A stretch of DNA of 63,478 bases from Anaeromyxobacter sp. (GCA_035456445.1 DATIDF010000350.1:1-63478); one strand, 5' to 3'. Positions 29,305 through 40,078 are shown, counted from the stretch's first letter. The notes: a model not told the origin generated them from the letters alone. Translations and numbers: made by a program.

Positions 29305-30788
29305 CGAGCGGCTCCGTTGGCGGGCGGGGTCGGCCTTCCGGCGGCCGGGGGCGGGGTCGGCGCGGGGGCAGGCGCACCGGGGGCGGCCGGCGGACGCTGC
29401 GGCGCCGGTACCTCCGGCGCGCCAGCGGACGGCGTGACCGTGAGGACGACGCGCGCGTCCTTGCGGAGGAAGCGGCGGGTCGCGGCGGAGACGTCCTCCC
29501 GCGTGAGCGCGCGGTAGCGGGCGAGGTCGGCGGCGAGGTACCCGGGATCCCCGGCGCGCAGGTAGTAGTCGGCGAGCGTGGCTGCCCGGCCGCCGAAGCC
29601 GCCCACCGGCTCGAGCGAGAAGATCGCGCCGGACTCGATGACGTTCTTCGCGCGCTGCAGCTCCTCCGCGCTCGGCGGCTCCGCGGCGAGGCGCGCGATC
29701 TCCTCGTCGATCTCCTTCTCGAGCCGCTCGAGCGAGATGCCCGGCTTCGGCGTCGCGACGACGAGGAACATGCCCGCGAGCGCCTGCGGCATCTGGCCGG
29801 CCGAGACGCTCTGCGCGATCCGCTCGTCCATCACGAGCCGCTTCATGAGGCGCGCGCTCTTCCCTTCCGAGAGCACTTGCCCGGCGACGCCCAGGGCGGC
29901 GTCCCCGTCGGCGAAGAGCTTCGGGGTCTGCCACGCCATGTAGAGGCGCGGGAGCTGCACCCGGTCCTCCATCGTCACCCGCTTCTCCGCGTTGAGCGGC
30001 GCCGGCGCGGGCGCCGCCGCGGCCGGCCGCTGCTTGCCGGGGATGCCGCCGAACCACCTCGTGGCGAGCGCGCGCGCGCCCGCCGGGTCGATGTCGCCCG
30101 CGATGGCGAGCACCGCGTTCTCGGGCCCGTACCAGCGCTGGAAGAACTCCTTCACGTCCCCGAGCGTCGCCGCCTCGAGGTCCTCGTGCGAGCCGATGGG
30201 CATCCAGTGGTACGGGAACTCCGGGCTCCACAGGTTCTGGAGGATCTTCTCGAACGCGAGCCCGTACGGCTGCATCTCGTAGTTCTCGCGCCGCTCGTTG
30301 CGGACGACCTCGCGCTGGTTGTCGAGCTTGTCCTGCGTGAGCGTCGGCAGGAGGAAGCCCATCCGGTCCGCCTCGACGAAGAGCATCTGCTCGAGCGCGC
30401 TCGTCGGGACCTGCTCCCAGTACTGGGTCGTGTCCTGCGAGGTGGAGCCGTTGCCGCTGCCACCTGCGGCGTCCAGCAGCCGATCCGCCTCGCCCTTCGG
30501 CAGGTGCTCGGTCCCCTGGAACATGAGGTGCTCGAAGAGGTGCGCGAAGCCGGTGCGCCCCTCCTTCTCGTTCTTCGAGCCCACGTCGTACTGGACGTGA
30601 ATCCCCACGATCGGCGTCGTGTGGTCCTCGTGGAGGATCACGGTGAGGCCGTTCTCCAAGCGGAAGAGCTGGTAGGGGATCTCGGGCGCTTCGGCCGCCG
30701 CCGGACGCGCGGCGCCTTCGACCTGCGCGCGCGGGAGAGCGGGGAGGAGCGCGACGGTGAGCACGGTCGCGAGGGTTCTCGGCGTCAT
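29301..30788 (-). CDS. M16B zinc peptidase, catalytic subunit
   Basis: VGSKNEKEGRTGFAHLFEHLMFQG (HxxEH); signal peptide. Confidence 0.92.
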   Translation of the reverse strand: MTPRTLATVLTVALLPALPRAQVEGAARPAAAEAPEIPYQLFRLENGLTVILHEDHTTPIVGIHVQYDVGSKNEKEGRTGFAHLFEHLMFQGTEHLPKGEADRLLDAAGGSGNGSTSQDTTQYWEQVPTSALEQMLFVEADRMGFLLPTLTQDKLDNQREVVRNERRENYEMQPYGLAFEKILQNLWSPEFPYHWMPIGSHEDLEAATLGDVKEFFQRWYGPENAVLAIAGDIDPAGARALATRWFGGIPGKQRPAAAAPAPAPLNAEKRVTMEDRVQLPRLYMAWQTPKLFADGDAALGVAGQVLSEGKSARLMKRLVMDERIAQSVSAGQMPQALAGMFLVVATPKPGISLERLEKEIDEEIARLAAEPPSAEELQRAKNVIESGAIFSLEPVGGFGGRAATLADYYLRAGDPGYLAADLARYRALTREDVSAATRRFLRKDARVVLTVTPSAGAPEVPAPQRPPAAPGAPAPAPTPPPAAGRPTPPANGAAR

Positions 30789-30955
30789 GGCGGCCCGCGT
30801 TATATGCTCCGCCCTCTTCCGCGTCACCTTCGGCGGAGCCTCGAGCGACCCCTCGATGGGACGCTCGCAAGGGGCCCCCCACGGGCGGGCTGGCGAGCTA
30901 TCGCACCTCCACCCGGATTGCGCCCGCCTGCCGCGGCGCTATGCTCCCCACCGCA

Positions 30956-31345
30956 ATGGAGCCTACCTCGCCGATCCCGCTCAGGATCCTCCTCGCCGAG
31001 GACGACGCAGGGCTCGCCAAGCTTTACGCCACCTTCGCCAAAGGCCGCGGCCACTCGGTCTCGTTCGCGCAGGACGGCGTCGCGACGCTCTCCGCGGCCC
31101 TGTCGGAGCTGCCCGACGTGATCCTGCTCGACGTCCAGATGCCGGCGCTCGACGGTCGCGACGTCCTCGCCCAGCTCAAGGCGGACCCGCGGACCGCCGC
31201 GATTCCGGTGCTCGTCGTCTCGGCGCTCGCGGGCGACCAGCACATGCGCGATCTGCTCGTCGAGCTCGGCGCCTCCGACGTGATGGAGAAGCCGGTCGAT
31301 CTCCACATCGCGTTCAACAAGGCGGAGCGGCTCGTCCGCGGCTGA
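30956..31345 (+). CDS. Single-domain response regulator (CheY-like)
   Basis: ILLAEDD, ILLDVQMPALDG and EKP motifs; start could be 30941. Confidence 0.88.
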   Translation: MEPTSPIPLRILLAEDDAGLAKLYATFAKGRGHSVSFAQDGVATLSAALSELPDVILLDVQMPALDGRDVLAQLKADPRTAAIPVLVVSALAGDQHMRDLLVELGASDVMEKPVDLHIAFNKAERLVRG

Positions 31346-31352
31346 CCCGCCG

Positions 31353-32594
31353 CTACGGCTCCGGCTCGATCCGCATCGCCTTGGGGATCACCACGATCCC
31401 GCTCTCGGTGACGTGGAAGCGCTTGCGGTCCGCGTCGTGGTCGTAGCCGATCGTCGTGTGGGCCGGGATCTCGACGTGCTTGTCGACGATGGCGCGGCGG
31501 ATCCGGCAGTGCCGGCCGATGTTCACGTTCTCGAACAGGATCGAGTCCTCGACCGTCGAGTAGCTGTTGATCCGGACCTTGGGCGAGAGGATGCAGTGGT
31601 GGGCGTGGCCGCCCGAGATGATGCAGCCCTCGGAGACGAGCGAGTCGGTGGCGTGCCCGACGCGGCGCTCCAGCTCGTTGTTGAAGACGAACTTCACCGG
31701 CGGGAAGTTGTTCTGCGCGGTGAAGATCGGCCAGCGGTCGTTGTAGAGCGAGAACGAAGGATCCACGTCCACGAGGTCCATGTTGGCCTGGTAGTACGCG
31801 TCGAGGCTCCCGACGTCGCGCCAGTAGCCGCGCTCCTTCTCACCCTGGCCGGGCACCACGTTCTTCGCGAAGTCGTAGACGTAGACGCGCTTGCCCCCGT
31901 ACATCGCGGCGACGATCGACTTGCCGAAGTCGTGCGCGCTCTTCGGATCGCCGGCGTCGCGAACGATCTCCTGCACGAGCGCGTCGGTGGTGAAGAGGTA
32001 GTTCCCCATCGAGGCGAGCGCGCGCGTGGAGTCGCCCGGCATGGTCTTCACGTCGCTCTTCGGCTTCTCGACGAAGCCGATCATCCGCCCGTCGGCGTCC
32101 ACCTCGATGATGCCGAAGTCGGCCGCCTCGTGCACCGGGACCGGGATCGCCGCCACGGTGAGATCCGCGCGCTTGTCCTGGTGGAACTGGAGCATCTGCC
32201 GGACGTCCATGCGATAGACGTGGTCGGCGCCGAACACGAACGTGAACTCCGGCTCCTCGTCCGTGATGATGTTGAGGTTCTGGTAGATCGCGTCCGCCGA
32301 GCCCTCGAACCATTTCGGACCCACGCGCATCTGCGCCGGCACGATCTCGACGTACTGGTCGAGGAGCGCCGTGAGCCGCCAGCCGCGCTGGATGTGCGCG
32401 TTCATGGACTCGGACTTGTACTGCACGAGCACCTTCATCTTGAGGACGCCGGAGTTCGCGAAGTTCGACAGGACGAAGTCGATGATCCGGTAACGGCCGC
32501 CGAACGGGACGGCGGGCTTGGCCCGCTCCCGCGTGAGCGGGTCGAGGCGGCGGCCCTCGCCGCCGGCGAGGATCATCGCGAGAAGCTTCGCCAT
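31353..32594 (-). CDS. glgC: Glucose-1-phosphate adenylyltransferase
   Basis: [38 protein letters not shown] and YWRDVG motifs. Confidence 0.97.
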   Translation of the reverse strand: MAKLLAMILAGGEGRRLDPLTRERAKPAVPFGGRYRIIDFVLSNFANSGVLKMKVLVQYKSESMNAHIQRGWRLTALLDQYVEIVPAQMRVGPKWFEGSADAIYQNLNIITDEEPEFTFVFGADHVYRMDVRQMLQFHQDKRADLTVAAIPVPVHEAADFGIIEVDADGRMIGFVEKPKSDVKTMPGDSTRALASMGNYLFTTDALVQEIVRDAGDPKSAHDFGKSIVAAMYGGKRVYVYDFAKNVVPGQGEKERGYWRDVGSLDAYYQANMDLVDVDPSFSLYNDRWPIFTAQNNFPPVKFVFNNELERRVGHATDSLVSEGCIISGGHAHHCILSPKVRINSYSTVEDSILFENVNIGRHCRIRRAIVDKHVEIPAHTTIGYDHDADRKRFHVTESGIVVIPKAMRIEPEP

Positions 32595-32748
32595 CGGGTC
32601 ACTCCGCGTGGAGGCTGCTGGACATCTTCGAGGCTACGCACCCGCTCTGGGCGGGGCAAGGAAGCGGCCGCGCGGCGCGCGCGGCGATCCACGCTGTACC
32701 GCAAGGGCGCGCGCGCGATCGAGGACGCGGACGCGTGTCGCCCCGTCA

Positions 32749-32812
32749 GGGGCCGTGAATGAAATCTCCGGACCGAGGCCGCGGCGACCGGAGGGGGTTG
32801 CTCTACGGCCCC
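32749..32812 (+). repeat. Internally deleted 64-bp copy of the GGGGCCGTGAA element
   Basis: Both ends match the reverse complement of 40079-40240; about 100 central nt are missing. Confidence 0.75.
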
Positions 32813-32816
32813 TCAC

Positions 32817-32873
32817 AGGGTCGTTCAGATTCCCGGACCGAGCCAGGCGAGCGAGACGCAAGCACCGCAGGCG
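32817..32873 (+). repeat. Partial left-arm copy of the same element
   Basis: CCCGGACCGAGCCAGGCGAGCGAGACGCAAGCACCGC versus CCCGGACCGAGCCAGGCGGGCGAGACGCGAGCAGCGC in the 40-kb copy (minus strand). Confidence 0.75.
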
Positions 32874-32885
32874 GTTTCCGCGCGA

Positions 32886-33371
32886 TCAAGAGAGCCGCAG
32901 GACCGGCGCGTGAGCCGCCTCGTGCGCGAGGAGCCAGCGCTTCACGTCGAGGCCGCCGGCGTAGCCGCCGAGCCGTCCGCTCGCCTGGACCACCCGATGG
33001 CAGGGCACGAGGACGGCGATGGGGTTCTCGTGGTTCGCCCCGCCCACGGCCCGTGCAGCCTCCGGGCGGCCCAGCCGCGCCGCGACCTCTCCGTAGGTCC
33101 GCGTCTCGGCCCACGGGATCGCGACGAGCGCGTCCCACACCGCGCGTTGGAAGGGAGTGCCGCGGAGATCCAGGGTCGGCAGGACCGGCGCTCGGCCCGC
33201 GAAGTACGATTCGAGCGCGGCGCCGGCGGCGTCGAGATGGGCGCGCGCCCGCGACGACGGACCGGGGCGTGAGCCCCCCCGGTCGCCGAAGGTGACGCCG
33301 AAGACGCCCTCCTCGCTCGCCTCGATCGTGAGGACGCCGATGGGGGAGCGGTAACGGAGGCGCGCGGTCAC
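32886..33371 (-). CDS. ogt: Methylated-DNA--protein-cysteine methyltransferase
   Basis: GTPFQRAVW, ARAVGGA, VPCHRVV and GGYAGG motifs. Confidence 0.93.
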   Translation of the reverse strand: MTARLRYRSPIGVLTIEASEEGVFGVTFGDRGGSRPGPSSRARAHLDAAGAALESYFAGRAPVLPTLDLRGTPFQRAVWDALVAIPWAETRTYGEVAARLGRPEAARAVGGANHENPIAVLVPCHRVVQASGRLGGYAGGLDVKRWLLAHEAAHAPVLRLS

Positions 33372-33381
33372 GCGCCAAACT

Positions 33382-34512
33382 CTACCGCACCGCCGCCGCC
33401 GCGGTCACCGCAGCCTCGGTCTTCTCGGCCCCCGCCTCCGCCCCGGCGAAGCGCGCGAGCACCGCCGCGATCTCGGCGTTCACGTCGCGGAGCAGCTCCG
33501 CCTTCTCGCGGAACGGCAGGAACGCGCTCTTGAACCCCTGGACGATGAGCGTGCAGAGGTCCTCGAGCGTGAAGCCCATCCGCTCGTGCGCGAGCCGAAG
33601 CTCCTTCGTGACCGTGGTGTCCGTGATGAGCCGGTTGTCGGTGTTCACGGTCACCCGCAGCCCGAAGTCGAAGTAGAACTTGAGCGGGTGGCTCTCGAAG
33701 TCGGTGACCGAGCGCGTCTGCACGTTCGACGACGGGCACATCTCGAGCGGGATCCGGTGGTCGTTCAGGTAGTTGAGGAGATCGCCGTTCTCTCGCAGCC
33801 GCACCCCGTGGCCGATCCGATGCGCGCCGCAGGTGTGCACCGCCTGCGCGATCGACTCGGGGCCGAACGCCTCGCCCGCGTGGATCGTCACGTTCACGTT
33901 GTTGTCGAGGATGAGCTGCACCGCCTCGTGGTGGCGCCGCGCCGGGTGCCCCTCCTCGGCGCCGGCGAGGTCGAACCCGACGACGCCCTTCCCCTTGTAC
34001 GCGACCGCGAGCTCGGCGAGCCGCACCGAGGTCTGCGGGTCGATGTGTCTTATCCCGCAGATGATCACGTTCGAGCGGATCCCGGTCTCCCGTCCTGCGG
34101 TGCGCAAGCCGTCGAGCACCGCGTCCACGATGGCCGTCGGCTTGAGCCCTTTCCTCGTGTGGAGGACGGGCGAATAGCGCACCTCCAGGTAGCGCACGTT
34201 CTCGGCGGCGCAGTCGAGCGCGAGCTCGTAGGCGACCCGGCGAAGCGCGTCCTCCGTCTGGAGCACGGAGAGCGTGACGTCGAACGCGGTGAGGTACTCC
34301 TCGAGCGACTTGCACTGCGCCCCCATCCGCACCGCGCGGGCGAGCCCCTCCGGCGTGTCCGCCGGGAGCCGCACGCCCTGCGTCTCGCCGAGCGCGAGCA
34401 GCGTTCCGAGGCGGAGAGAGCCATCGAGGTGGCAGTGAAGGTCGGTCTTGGGCAGCGCCCGGAGCAGCGCGTCGGTGACGGGGAGCGCAGGGGCGCCCGC
34501 GTTCGTGGGCAT
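33382..34512 (-). CDS. add: Adenosine deaminase
   Basis: PKTDLHCHLDGS, GFDLAGAE, TIHAGE, RIGHG, CPSSN and NTDN motifs. Confidence 0.93.
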   Translation of the reverse strand: MPTNAGAPALPVTDALLRALPKTDLHCHLDGSLRLGTLLALGETQGVRLPADTPEGLARAVRMGAQCKSLEEYLTAFDVTLSVLQTEDALRRVAYELALDCAAENVRYLEVRYSPVLHTRKGLKPTAIVDAVLDGLRTAGRETGIRSNVIICGIRHIDPQTSVRLAELAVAYKGKGVVGFDLAGAEEGHPARRHHEAVQLILDNNVNVTIHAGEAFGPESIAQAVHTCGAHRIGHGVRLRENGDLLNYLNDHRIPLEMCPSSNVQTRSVTDFESHPLKFYFDFGLRVTVNTDNRLITDTTVTKELRLAHERMGFTLEDLCTLIVQGFKSAFLPFREKAELLRDVNAEIAAVLARFAGAEAGAEKTEAAVTAAAAVR

Positions 34513-34634
34513 GCCCGAATGTTAAGCCCCCGCGGGGTCGGCGGCGACGACCTGCCTGGTCGCCTGCCGCCCCGAAGTGTGGCGTCCCCGCCGGTGGGGC
34601 TCCCGGATCGAAGCGGCGATCGCACGTTCCCGAG

Positions 34635-36350
34635 GTGAACAAGCGAGCCCCCCTCCTCGCGGCCACCGTCCTCGCGCTCGCCTGCGGCGGCGCCGGGGAT
34701 CCGGCCCCCGTGTCACCGCCCGGGGAGCCTCTTCCCTATCAGGAGGTCCCCTCCGATCCGGTATGGCCGGTCGCGAGCGCCGCCGGCGAGCTCCCCACGC
34801 CCGAGCCGCGCCTGCGCCGAGTCGACCTCGTCCTCACGGCGGCGGACCTCGCGGCGCTCGAGGAGCATCCGGACTGGGACGTGATGTACCCCGCGCGCAT
34901 GAAGATCGACGGCCGCGAGGCGAGGGGCGCCGCGCGGTACCGCGGCGCGTCCTCGCGCACGCGCCCGCAGAAGAGCTGGCGCGTCGACCTCGACCCGGGC
35001 TGGGCGCTCGAGGGGCGCGACCGGTTCGCGCTGCTCGCCGAGTACGACGACGCGGCGAAGCTCGTGGAGCGGTTCGCGGTCGATCTGTACCGCGCGCTCG
35101 GCCTTCCCGTCCCCTACGCACGCTTCGTGAATCTGTACGTGAACGGCGAGCACCGAGGCGTGTTCCTCGACATGGAGCGGGTGGGCGGCGAGTACCTCGT
35201 CCACCACGGCCACGAGCACGACGCCTCGATCTACCGCTGCGGCGGGCGGAACTGCGAGATGAAGCTCGGCCCCGCTGGCCCGTACCAGCAGGACTTCACG
35301 AAGACCCGCAACGAGACGCTCCCCTGGGACGACCTCGACCGCTTCCTCGAGGTGATCAGCCGGACCGACGACGCGGACCTCGAGGGGCGGCTCGGGGAGG
35401 TGATGGACCTCGACGCGTACCTCGGCAACCTCGCCGCGGACGAGCTCATCGCGAACACGGTCCTCGAGGATGCGCGCGCGTACTGGGTCCACGAGCTCCA
35501 CCGCGACGTGTGGACCTACGTGCCCTGGGACCTCAACAACGCGCAGCCCTACTGGTCGCGCGACATCCCCGCCAACGCGCCTCTCGGCGGCGTGTGGCGC
35601 GAGCCACGCATCTTCTCGATCTACGACGACGCGGTGAAGCGTATCTACGACGTGCGCGTCACCGAGCGCGACGGACAGAAGCCGACCTGGAGCGTGCTCA
35701 ACACGCGCATCTGGGATCACCCTCGCCTCCGCGCGCGCCTGCTCGCCAAGCTCGATTCCGCCCTCCAGGGCGTGTTCACCGAGGGGCGGGTCCGCCCCTA
35801 CCTCGAGGCACTCTGGACGGCCGTCGGACCGGAGATCCTCGACGATCCCTTCGTGATCGACGCGTGCGCCGAGACGGTGCCGAACCGCCTTGCGGAGTTC
35901 GTCGCCTCCCGCCGGGAGCAGCTCCTCGGGCGCCTGCCGGCGCTGCGCGCACACGGCGGGGGGCCCCTGGTCGTGAACGAGATCGGCCTCCCCACCGCGA
36001 CGGAGCCCGGCTACGTCGAGCTCTACAATCGCGGCGACACCGAGCTCGATCTCTCGGGCGCGCACGTCACCGACGAGCTGCGCGTCCCCGCGAAGTACGC
36101 GTTGCCCGCCGGGACCGTGATCCGCGCGCACGGACACCTGCTCCTCGTCGCGGACGGGGCTCCGCCGAACCTGCCCTTCACGATCTCCGGTGGCGGCGGG
36201 GAGCTCGGCGTGTTCGCGCCGGGGACCATCCACGATCCGTACGATCTCGTCTACTTCGGTCCCCGCGCGAGCGGCAGCGCCTACGGCCGCACGAGCGACG
36301 GCGCCGAGGCCTGGGCGAACGTGCCGCGCACGCCCGGCGCGCCCAATTAG
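34635..36350 (+). CDS. CotH-kinase-family lipoprotein with C-terminal lamin-tail-like domain
   Basis: Lipobox LAC; YRGASSR..QKSWRVDL, FVNLYVNGEHRGVF and VPWDLN; C-terminal LVVNEI...YVELYN.G...DLSG. Confidence 0.8.
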   Translation: MNKRAPLLAATVLALACGGAGDPAPVSPPGEPLPYQEVPSDPVWPVASAAGELPTPEPRLRRVDLVLTAADLAALEEHPDWDVMYPARMKIDGREARGAARYRGASSRTRPQKSWRVDLDPGWALEGRDRFALLAEYDDAAKLVERFAVDLYRALGLPVPYARFVNLYVNGEHRGVFLDMERVGGEYLVHHGHEHDASIYRCGGRNCEMKLGPAGPYQQDFTKTRNETLPWDDLDRFLEVISRTDDADLEGRLGEVMDLDAYLGNLAADELIANTVLEDARAYWVHELHRDVWTYVPWDLNNAQPYWSRDIPANAPLGGVWREPRIFSIYDDAVKRIYDVRVTERDGQKPTWSVLNTRIWDHPRLRARLLAKLDSALQGVFTEGRVRPYLEALWTAVGPEILDDPFVIDACAETVPNRLAEFVASRREQLLGRLPALRAHGGGPLVVNEIGLPTATEPGYVELYNRGDTELDLSGAHVTDELRVPAKYALPAGTVIRAHGHLLLVADGAPPNLPFTISGGGGELGVFAPGTIHDPYDLVYFGPRASGSAYGRTSDGAEAWANVPRTPGAPN

Positions 36351-38683
36351 GCCGGCTGGAGGAACCGCGCGAGGACGCGCTTCTCCCCCGCTTCGTCGAA
36401 GAAGACCGTCACCTTCGCGCCCGGGCCGGCGCCCTCGCAGCCGAAGACCGTCCCCTCGCCGAGCGAGGCGTGCACGACGCGCGTGCCGCGCGCGAGCGTG
36501 CCCGCCGCCTCGGGGCGCTGATCGAAGGAGTAGTCGACGACCGGCCCGGAGCGCGCGGGCGGGGCGCGGCGCGGCGCCGGCTCGCGCGGGCCGTCGTCCT
36601 CGATCTCGATGTGCGGCTCGCCCGGGAGCGAGCCGGGCGGCCGGCGGATGGTCGGCCCGCGCGCGGCGGGAGCGGCGGCGAGCTTGGGGGCGAGGCCGAA
36701 CAGCTCGGGCGGGAGATCGGCGAGGAAGCGCGACGGCTCCATCGACCGGTAGGACGGGCCGCCCTCCCCGTAGCCGATCCGGCGGCGCGCGAGCGAGATC
36801 GTGAGCCGCTTCTTCGCGCGGGTCATGCCGACGTAGCAGAGGCGCCGCTCCTCGTCCTCGGCCGCCGCGCGCTCCGCCGCACCCGCGTCGGACCAGGGAC
36901 GCTCGTAGGGCAGCGTCCCGTCCTCGAGGCCGGCGAGGAACACCGCCTCGAACTCGAGCCCCTTCGCCGCGTGCAGCGTCATGAGCGAGACGCGCCCCTC
37001 CGGCGTCTCGGCGTCCGCCTCGCCGAGGAGCGCGATCTGCTCGAGGAAGCGCGCCAGCGGCGGCGGCCGGACCTCGTCCGGATCGCGCGGCGGCGGCTCG
37101 CCGAGGAGAGACTCGTCGAACTCGCGCGCGGCGGCGACGAGCTCGACGAGGTTCTCCGCCCGTTCGACGGCCTCGTCGGTGTGCTCCGCCTCGAGCCGCG
37201 CGAGGAGGCCGGAGCGCTTCAGCACCTCCTGCACGGCGATCCCGGCGTCGAGCGCCGGCACGTCCGCGGCGAGCCCGGCGACGAGCGCGTGGAACTCGGC
37301 GAGCGCGCGGCGCGCGGCGGGCTTGAGATCCTGCACCGCGTCGCGCTCCGCGAGCGCGTCGAAGAGCGCGACCCCGCGCGCCGACGCATGGGCGCGAAGC
37401 CGCTCGACCGTCTTCTCGCCGATGCCGCGCGGTGGCCGGTTCACCACCCGCTCGAGGTCGAGATCGCTCCGCGGCGAGAGCGCGAGGCGCAGGTAGGCAG
37501 CGGCGTCCTTCACCTCCGCGCGCTCGTAGAAGCTCGTTCCGCGCACGATGACGTAGGGCACGCGCGCGGCGCGCAGCGCCGCCTCGATCGGACGCGACTG
37601 CGCGTTCGTGCGGTACAGGACGGCGATCTCCTCGCCCGCCGTGCCGCGCGCCCGCTCCGTCGCGATCGCTCGCGCGATCCGCTCCGCCTCGTCGTGCTCG
37701 TCCTGCCCGACCAGGAGCGCGAGCGGCTCGCCCGCGCCGCTCTCGGTCCAGAGCCGCTTCTCGCGCCGGCGCCGGGCGCGCGAGATGACCGCGTGGGCGG
37801 CGTCGAGCACCGTCCGCGTCGAGCGGTAGTTCTGCTCGAGCTTCACCACCCGCGTGCCGGGGAAGTCACGGTCGAACTCGAGGATGTTCCGGACGTCCGC
37901 GCCGCGCCAGCTGTAGATCGCCTGGTCGTCGTCGCCGACGACGCAGACGTTCCGCTTCTCGTTCGTGAGGAGCGACAGGAGGCGGTACTGCGCCGCGTTC
38001 GTGTCCTGGAACTCGTCCACGAGCAGGTAGCGGAAGCGGGACGACCAGGAGCGACGCACCTGGGCGTCCTCCTCGAGGAGACGCACCGGGCGGAGGAGGA
38101 GGTCGCCGAAGTCCACCGCCCCGGCGCGCGCGAGGGCCGCCTCGAAGCGCCCGTAGACCTCGCGCGCGAGCTGACCCTCCACGTCGTACTCGCCGACGAC
38201 GACCTCCGCCGGCCGCTGCGCCGCGTTCTTCCAGCGGTCGATGCGCGACAGCGCCTGACGCGCGGTGAGCGGCTCGCCGTCCTCGACGCGCAGCTCCTGG
38301 AAGATCCGCTTCACGAGCCGGAGCTGATCGTCGTCGTCGTAGATCGCGAACGACGGCGGCAGCCCGGCGCGCGCCGCCTCGCGGCGGAGGAAGCGGGCGC
38401 CGAAGGCGTGGAACGTCTGCACCCACAGCTCGTGCGCCTGCGCCCCGAGGAGCCCCTCGAGCCGCTCCTTCATCTCGCCCGCCGCCTTGTTCGTGAACGT
38501 CACGGCGAGCACGTGCCATGGCATCACCCGCTCGTCGCGGACGAGCCGTGCGATGCGGTGGACGATGACGCGGGTCTTGCCGCTGCCGGCGCCCGCGAGC
38601 ACGAGCAGCGGCCCTTCGCCGTGGAGCACGGCCTCGCGCTGGGCGTCGTTCAGGCCCTCGAGGAGCGGGTCGGACGTCGGCAT
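36347..38683 (-). CDS. uvrD: UvrD/PcrA SF1 DNA helicase
   Basis: AGAGSGKT, VTFTNKAA, VDEFQDTN, VGDDDQAIY, LEQNYRS, TLHAAKGLEF and EERRLCYVGMTRA motifs; Tudor-like C-terminus. Confidence 0.95.
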   Translation of the reverse strand: MPTSDPLLEGLNDAQREAVLHGEGPLLVLAGAGSGKTRVIVHRIARLVRDERVMPWHVLAVTFTNKAAGEMKERLEGLLGAQAHELWVQTFHAFGARFLRREAARAGLPPSFAIYDDDDQLRLVKRIFQELRVEDGEPLTARQALSRIDRWKNAAQRPAEVVVGEYDVEGQLAREVYGRFEAALARAGAVDFGDLLLRPVRLLEEDAQVRRSWSSRFRYLLVDEFQDTNAAQYRLLSLLTNEKRNVCVVGDDDQAIYSWRGADVRNILEFDRDFPGTRVVKLEQNYRSTRTVLDAAHAVISRARRRREKRLWTESGAGEPLALLVGQDEHDEAERIARAIATERARGTAGEEIAVLYRTNAQSRPIEAALRAARVPYVIVRGTSFYERAEVKDAAAYLRLALSPRSDLDLERVVNRPPRGIGEKTVERLRAHASARGVALFDALAERDAVQDLKPAARRALAEFHALVAGLAADVPALDAGIAVQEVLKRSGLLARLEAEHTDEAVERAENLVELVAAAREFDESLLGEPPPRDPDEVRPPPLARFLEQIALLGEADAETPEGRVSLMTLHAAKGLEFEAVFLAGLEDGTLPYERPWSDAGAAERAAAEDEERRLCYVGMTRAKKRLTISLARRRIGYGEGGPSYRSMEPSRFLADLPPELFGLAPKLAAAPAARGPTIRRPPGSLPGEPHIEIEDDGPREPAPRRAPPARSGPVVDYSFDQRPEAAGTLARGTRVVHASLGEGTVFGCEGAGPGAKVTVFFDEAGEKRVLARFLQPA

Positions 38684-38747
38684 GGGGCGGGAAGGATAAT
38701 CGAAGCGGCGCCGACTTGCGCCCCGCTCTCCGGAGCGCCGTCCGGAC

Positions 38748-39884
38748 TCACCCGCGGGCCGCCGCGCGCTTCGCCTTGCGCGCGGGCTTCTTCCCCGGGG
38801 GCGGGTCGTAGCGGTAGTCGGACTCGCTGCGGTCCACCTGCTCGAGGACCCGCGGTTCGCCCTTCCCGTCCTCGCCGCCGGAGATCGTGGCGCGGACCGA
38901 GCGCGTCCACACGAACCGGTGCGGGAGCAAGGTCTCGGGCTCGGTGACGAGGAGGAGCTCGTTCTCGACGACGAGCTCGCGGAGCGCCTCCTCGGGGAGC
39001 CTCGCGTCCGGGCCCGCGAGCTGCGCGACCACCGCGCGCGCGAGGGCGGGCAGCGCGGCCGGATCCGGGGCGGAGCGGAGCGTCACCTCGACGCAGCGCT
39101 CCTCGGGATGGCGCGCCGAGCACGGCACCCGCCGCCGCACCGAGAACTCCTGCTCGAACTCCGCCTTCGCCCCGGCGAGCGGCACCTCCGCCTCGGTGCG
39201 CATGCCGTAGCGCTCGCCGAGCTCGAGGTCCGCGCCGATCCAGAAGCCCACCGCGAGGTTCCACATCTCGCGCGCCTGCGCCTGCATCGCCGCCTCGGCG
39301 AACCCGAGCGCCCGCTCCACCTGCTCGGGCGGGACGGAGCCCTCGAGGAGCCGCGCCATCGCGGGGCGCAGCGCCTCGACGCCCTCGAGGCCCTGGAACT
39401 CCCCCTCCGGCGAGACCACCTGCACGACCGTCTCGGCCGCGCGCATGACGCCGTCCACCGCGCCCGGCGGGCCGCGGTACGGCGCGTCGCCCTCCCACGT
39501 CGTGCCGGCCGTCGAGATGCGCAGGGCGCCGTCTCGGCGCTCGAGCCGCTGGGTGAAGCGCGTCGTCGTGGTGGACGGCTCGTGGCCCGTGCGGACCCGC
39601 GTCCGGCGCTGCGTCGCCTGCACGTTAGCGGCGGCGGGCCAGGCGAAGCGGAGCCGGACCACGGCGTGATCGTCGCCCTCCGCGGCCTCGGACTGCTGTG
39701 GCTTGGCCGGAGGGCCTGACGGGGGGGCGGGCGCTGAATGGGCCCGCCCGCTCACCGCGGCGGCGCGGGTGGACTCGCGAGCAGCGGGACGGGGCGGCCG
39801 CCCGCCTTCCTGGGCGCGCGCGTTCGCGCCGGCGTGGGGCAGGAGCAGGGCGAGCGCGGCGGCCGCGCGGGCGAGGCTTCGCAT
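38748..39884 (-). CDS. Hypothetical exported protein
   Basis: Signal peptide, low-complexity linker, beta-rich body with a Cys pair; GC3-rich codons. Confidence 0.65.
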   Translation of the reverse strand: MRSLARAAAALALLLPHAGANARAQEGGRPPRPAARESTRAAAVSGRAHSAPAPPSGPPAKPQQSEAAEGDDHAVVRLRFAWPAAANVQATQRRTRVRTGHEPSTTTTRFTQRLERRDGALRISTAGTTWEGDAPYRGPPGAVDGVMRAAETVVQVVSPEGEFQGLEGVEALRPAMARLLEGSVPPEQVERALGFAEAAMQAQAREMWNLAVGFWIGADLELGERYGMRTEAEVPLAGAKAEFEQEFSVRRRVPCSARHPEERCVEVTLRSAPDPAALPALARAVVAQLAGPDARLPEEALRELVVENELLLVTEPETLLPHRFVWTRSVRATISGGEDGKGEPRVLEQVDRSESDYRYDPPPGKKPARKAKRAAARG

Positions 39885-40078
39885 GGGCGGGCGAGGCTAT
39901 CACGGGGGCGCCACGTCACGAGGGCGTGGCACCGGGTTCCCATGGGAAGGGAGGCAGGGCCCACGGACGGTCCGCAGCCGGTCCGCGCGTCACGCCTCCC
40001 GCCCGCGCCGGAAGGCGATGGGCGGGGTGGGCATGGGGACCCGGGTCCAGGGAGCCGGGTTCCCGCCCCTCCATTATT

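Noticed and set aside
34577-38947. 1456-aa ORF
   Set aside because: Shadow of the CotH gene and antisense of uvrD; the same applies to most other overlapping ORFs in the track
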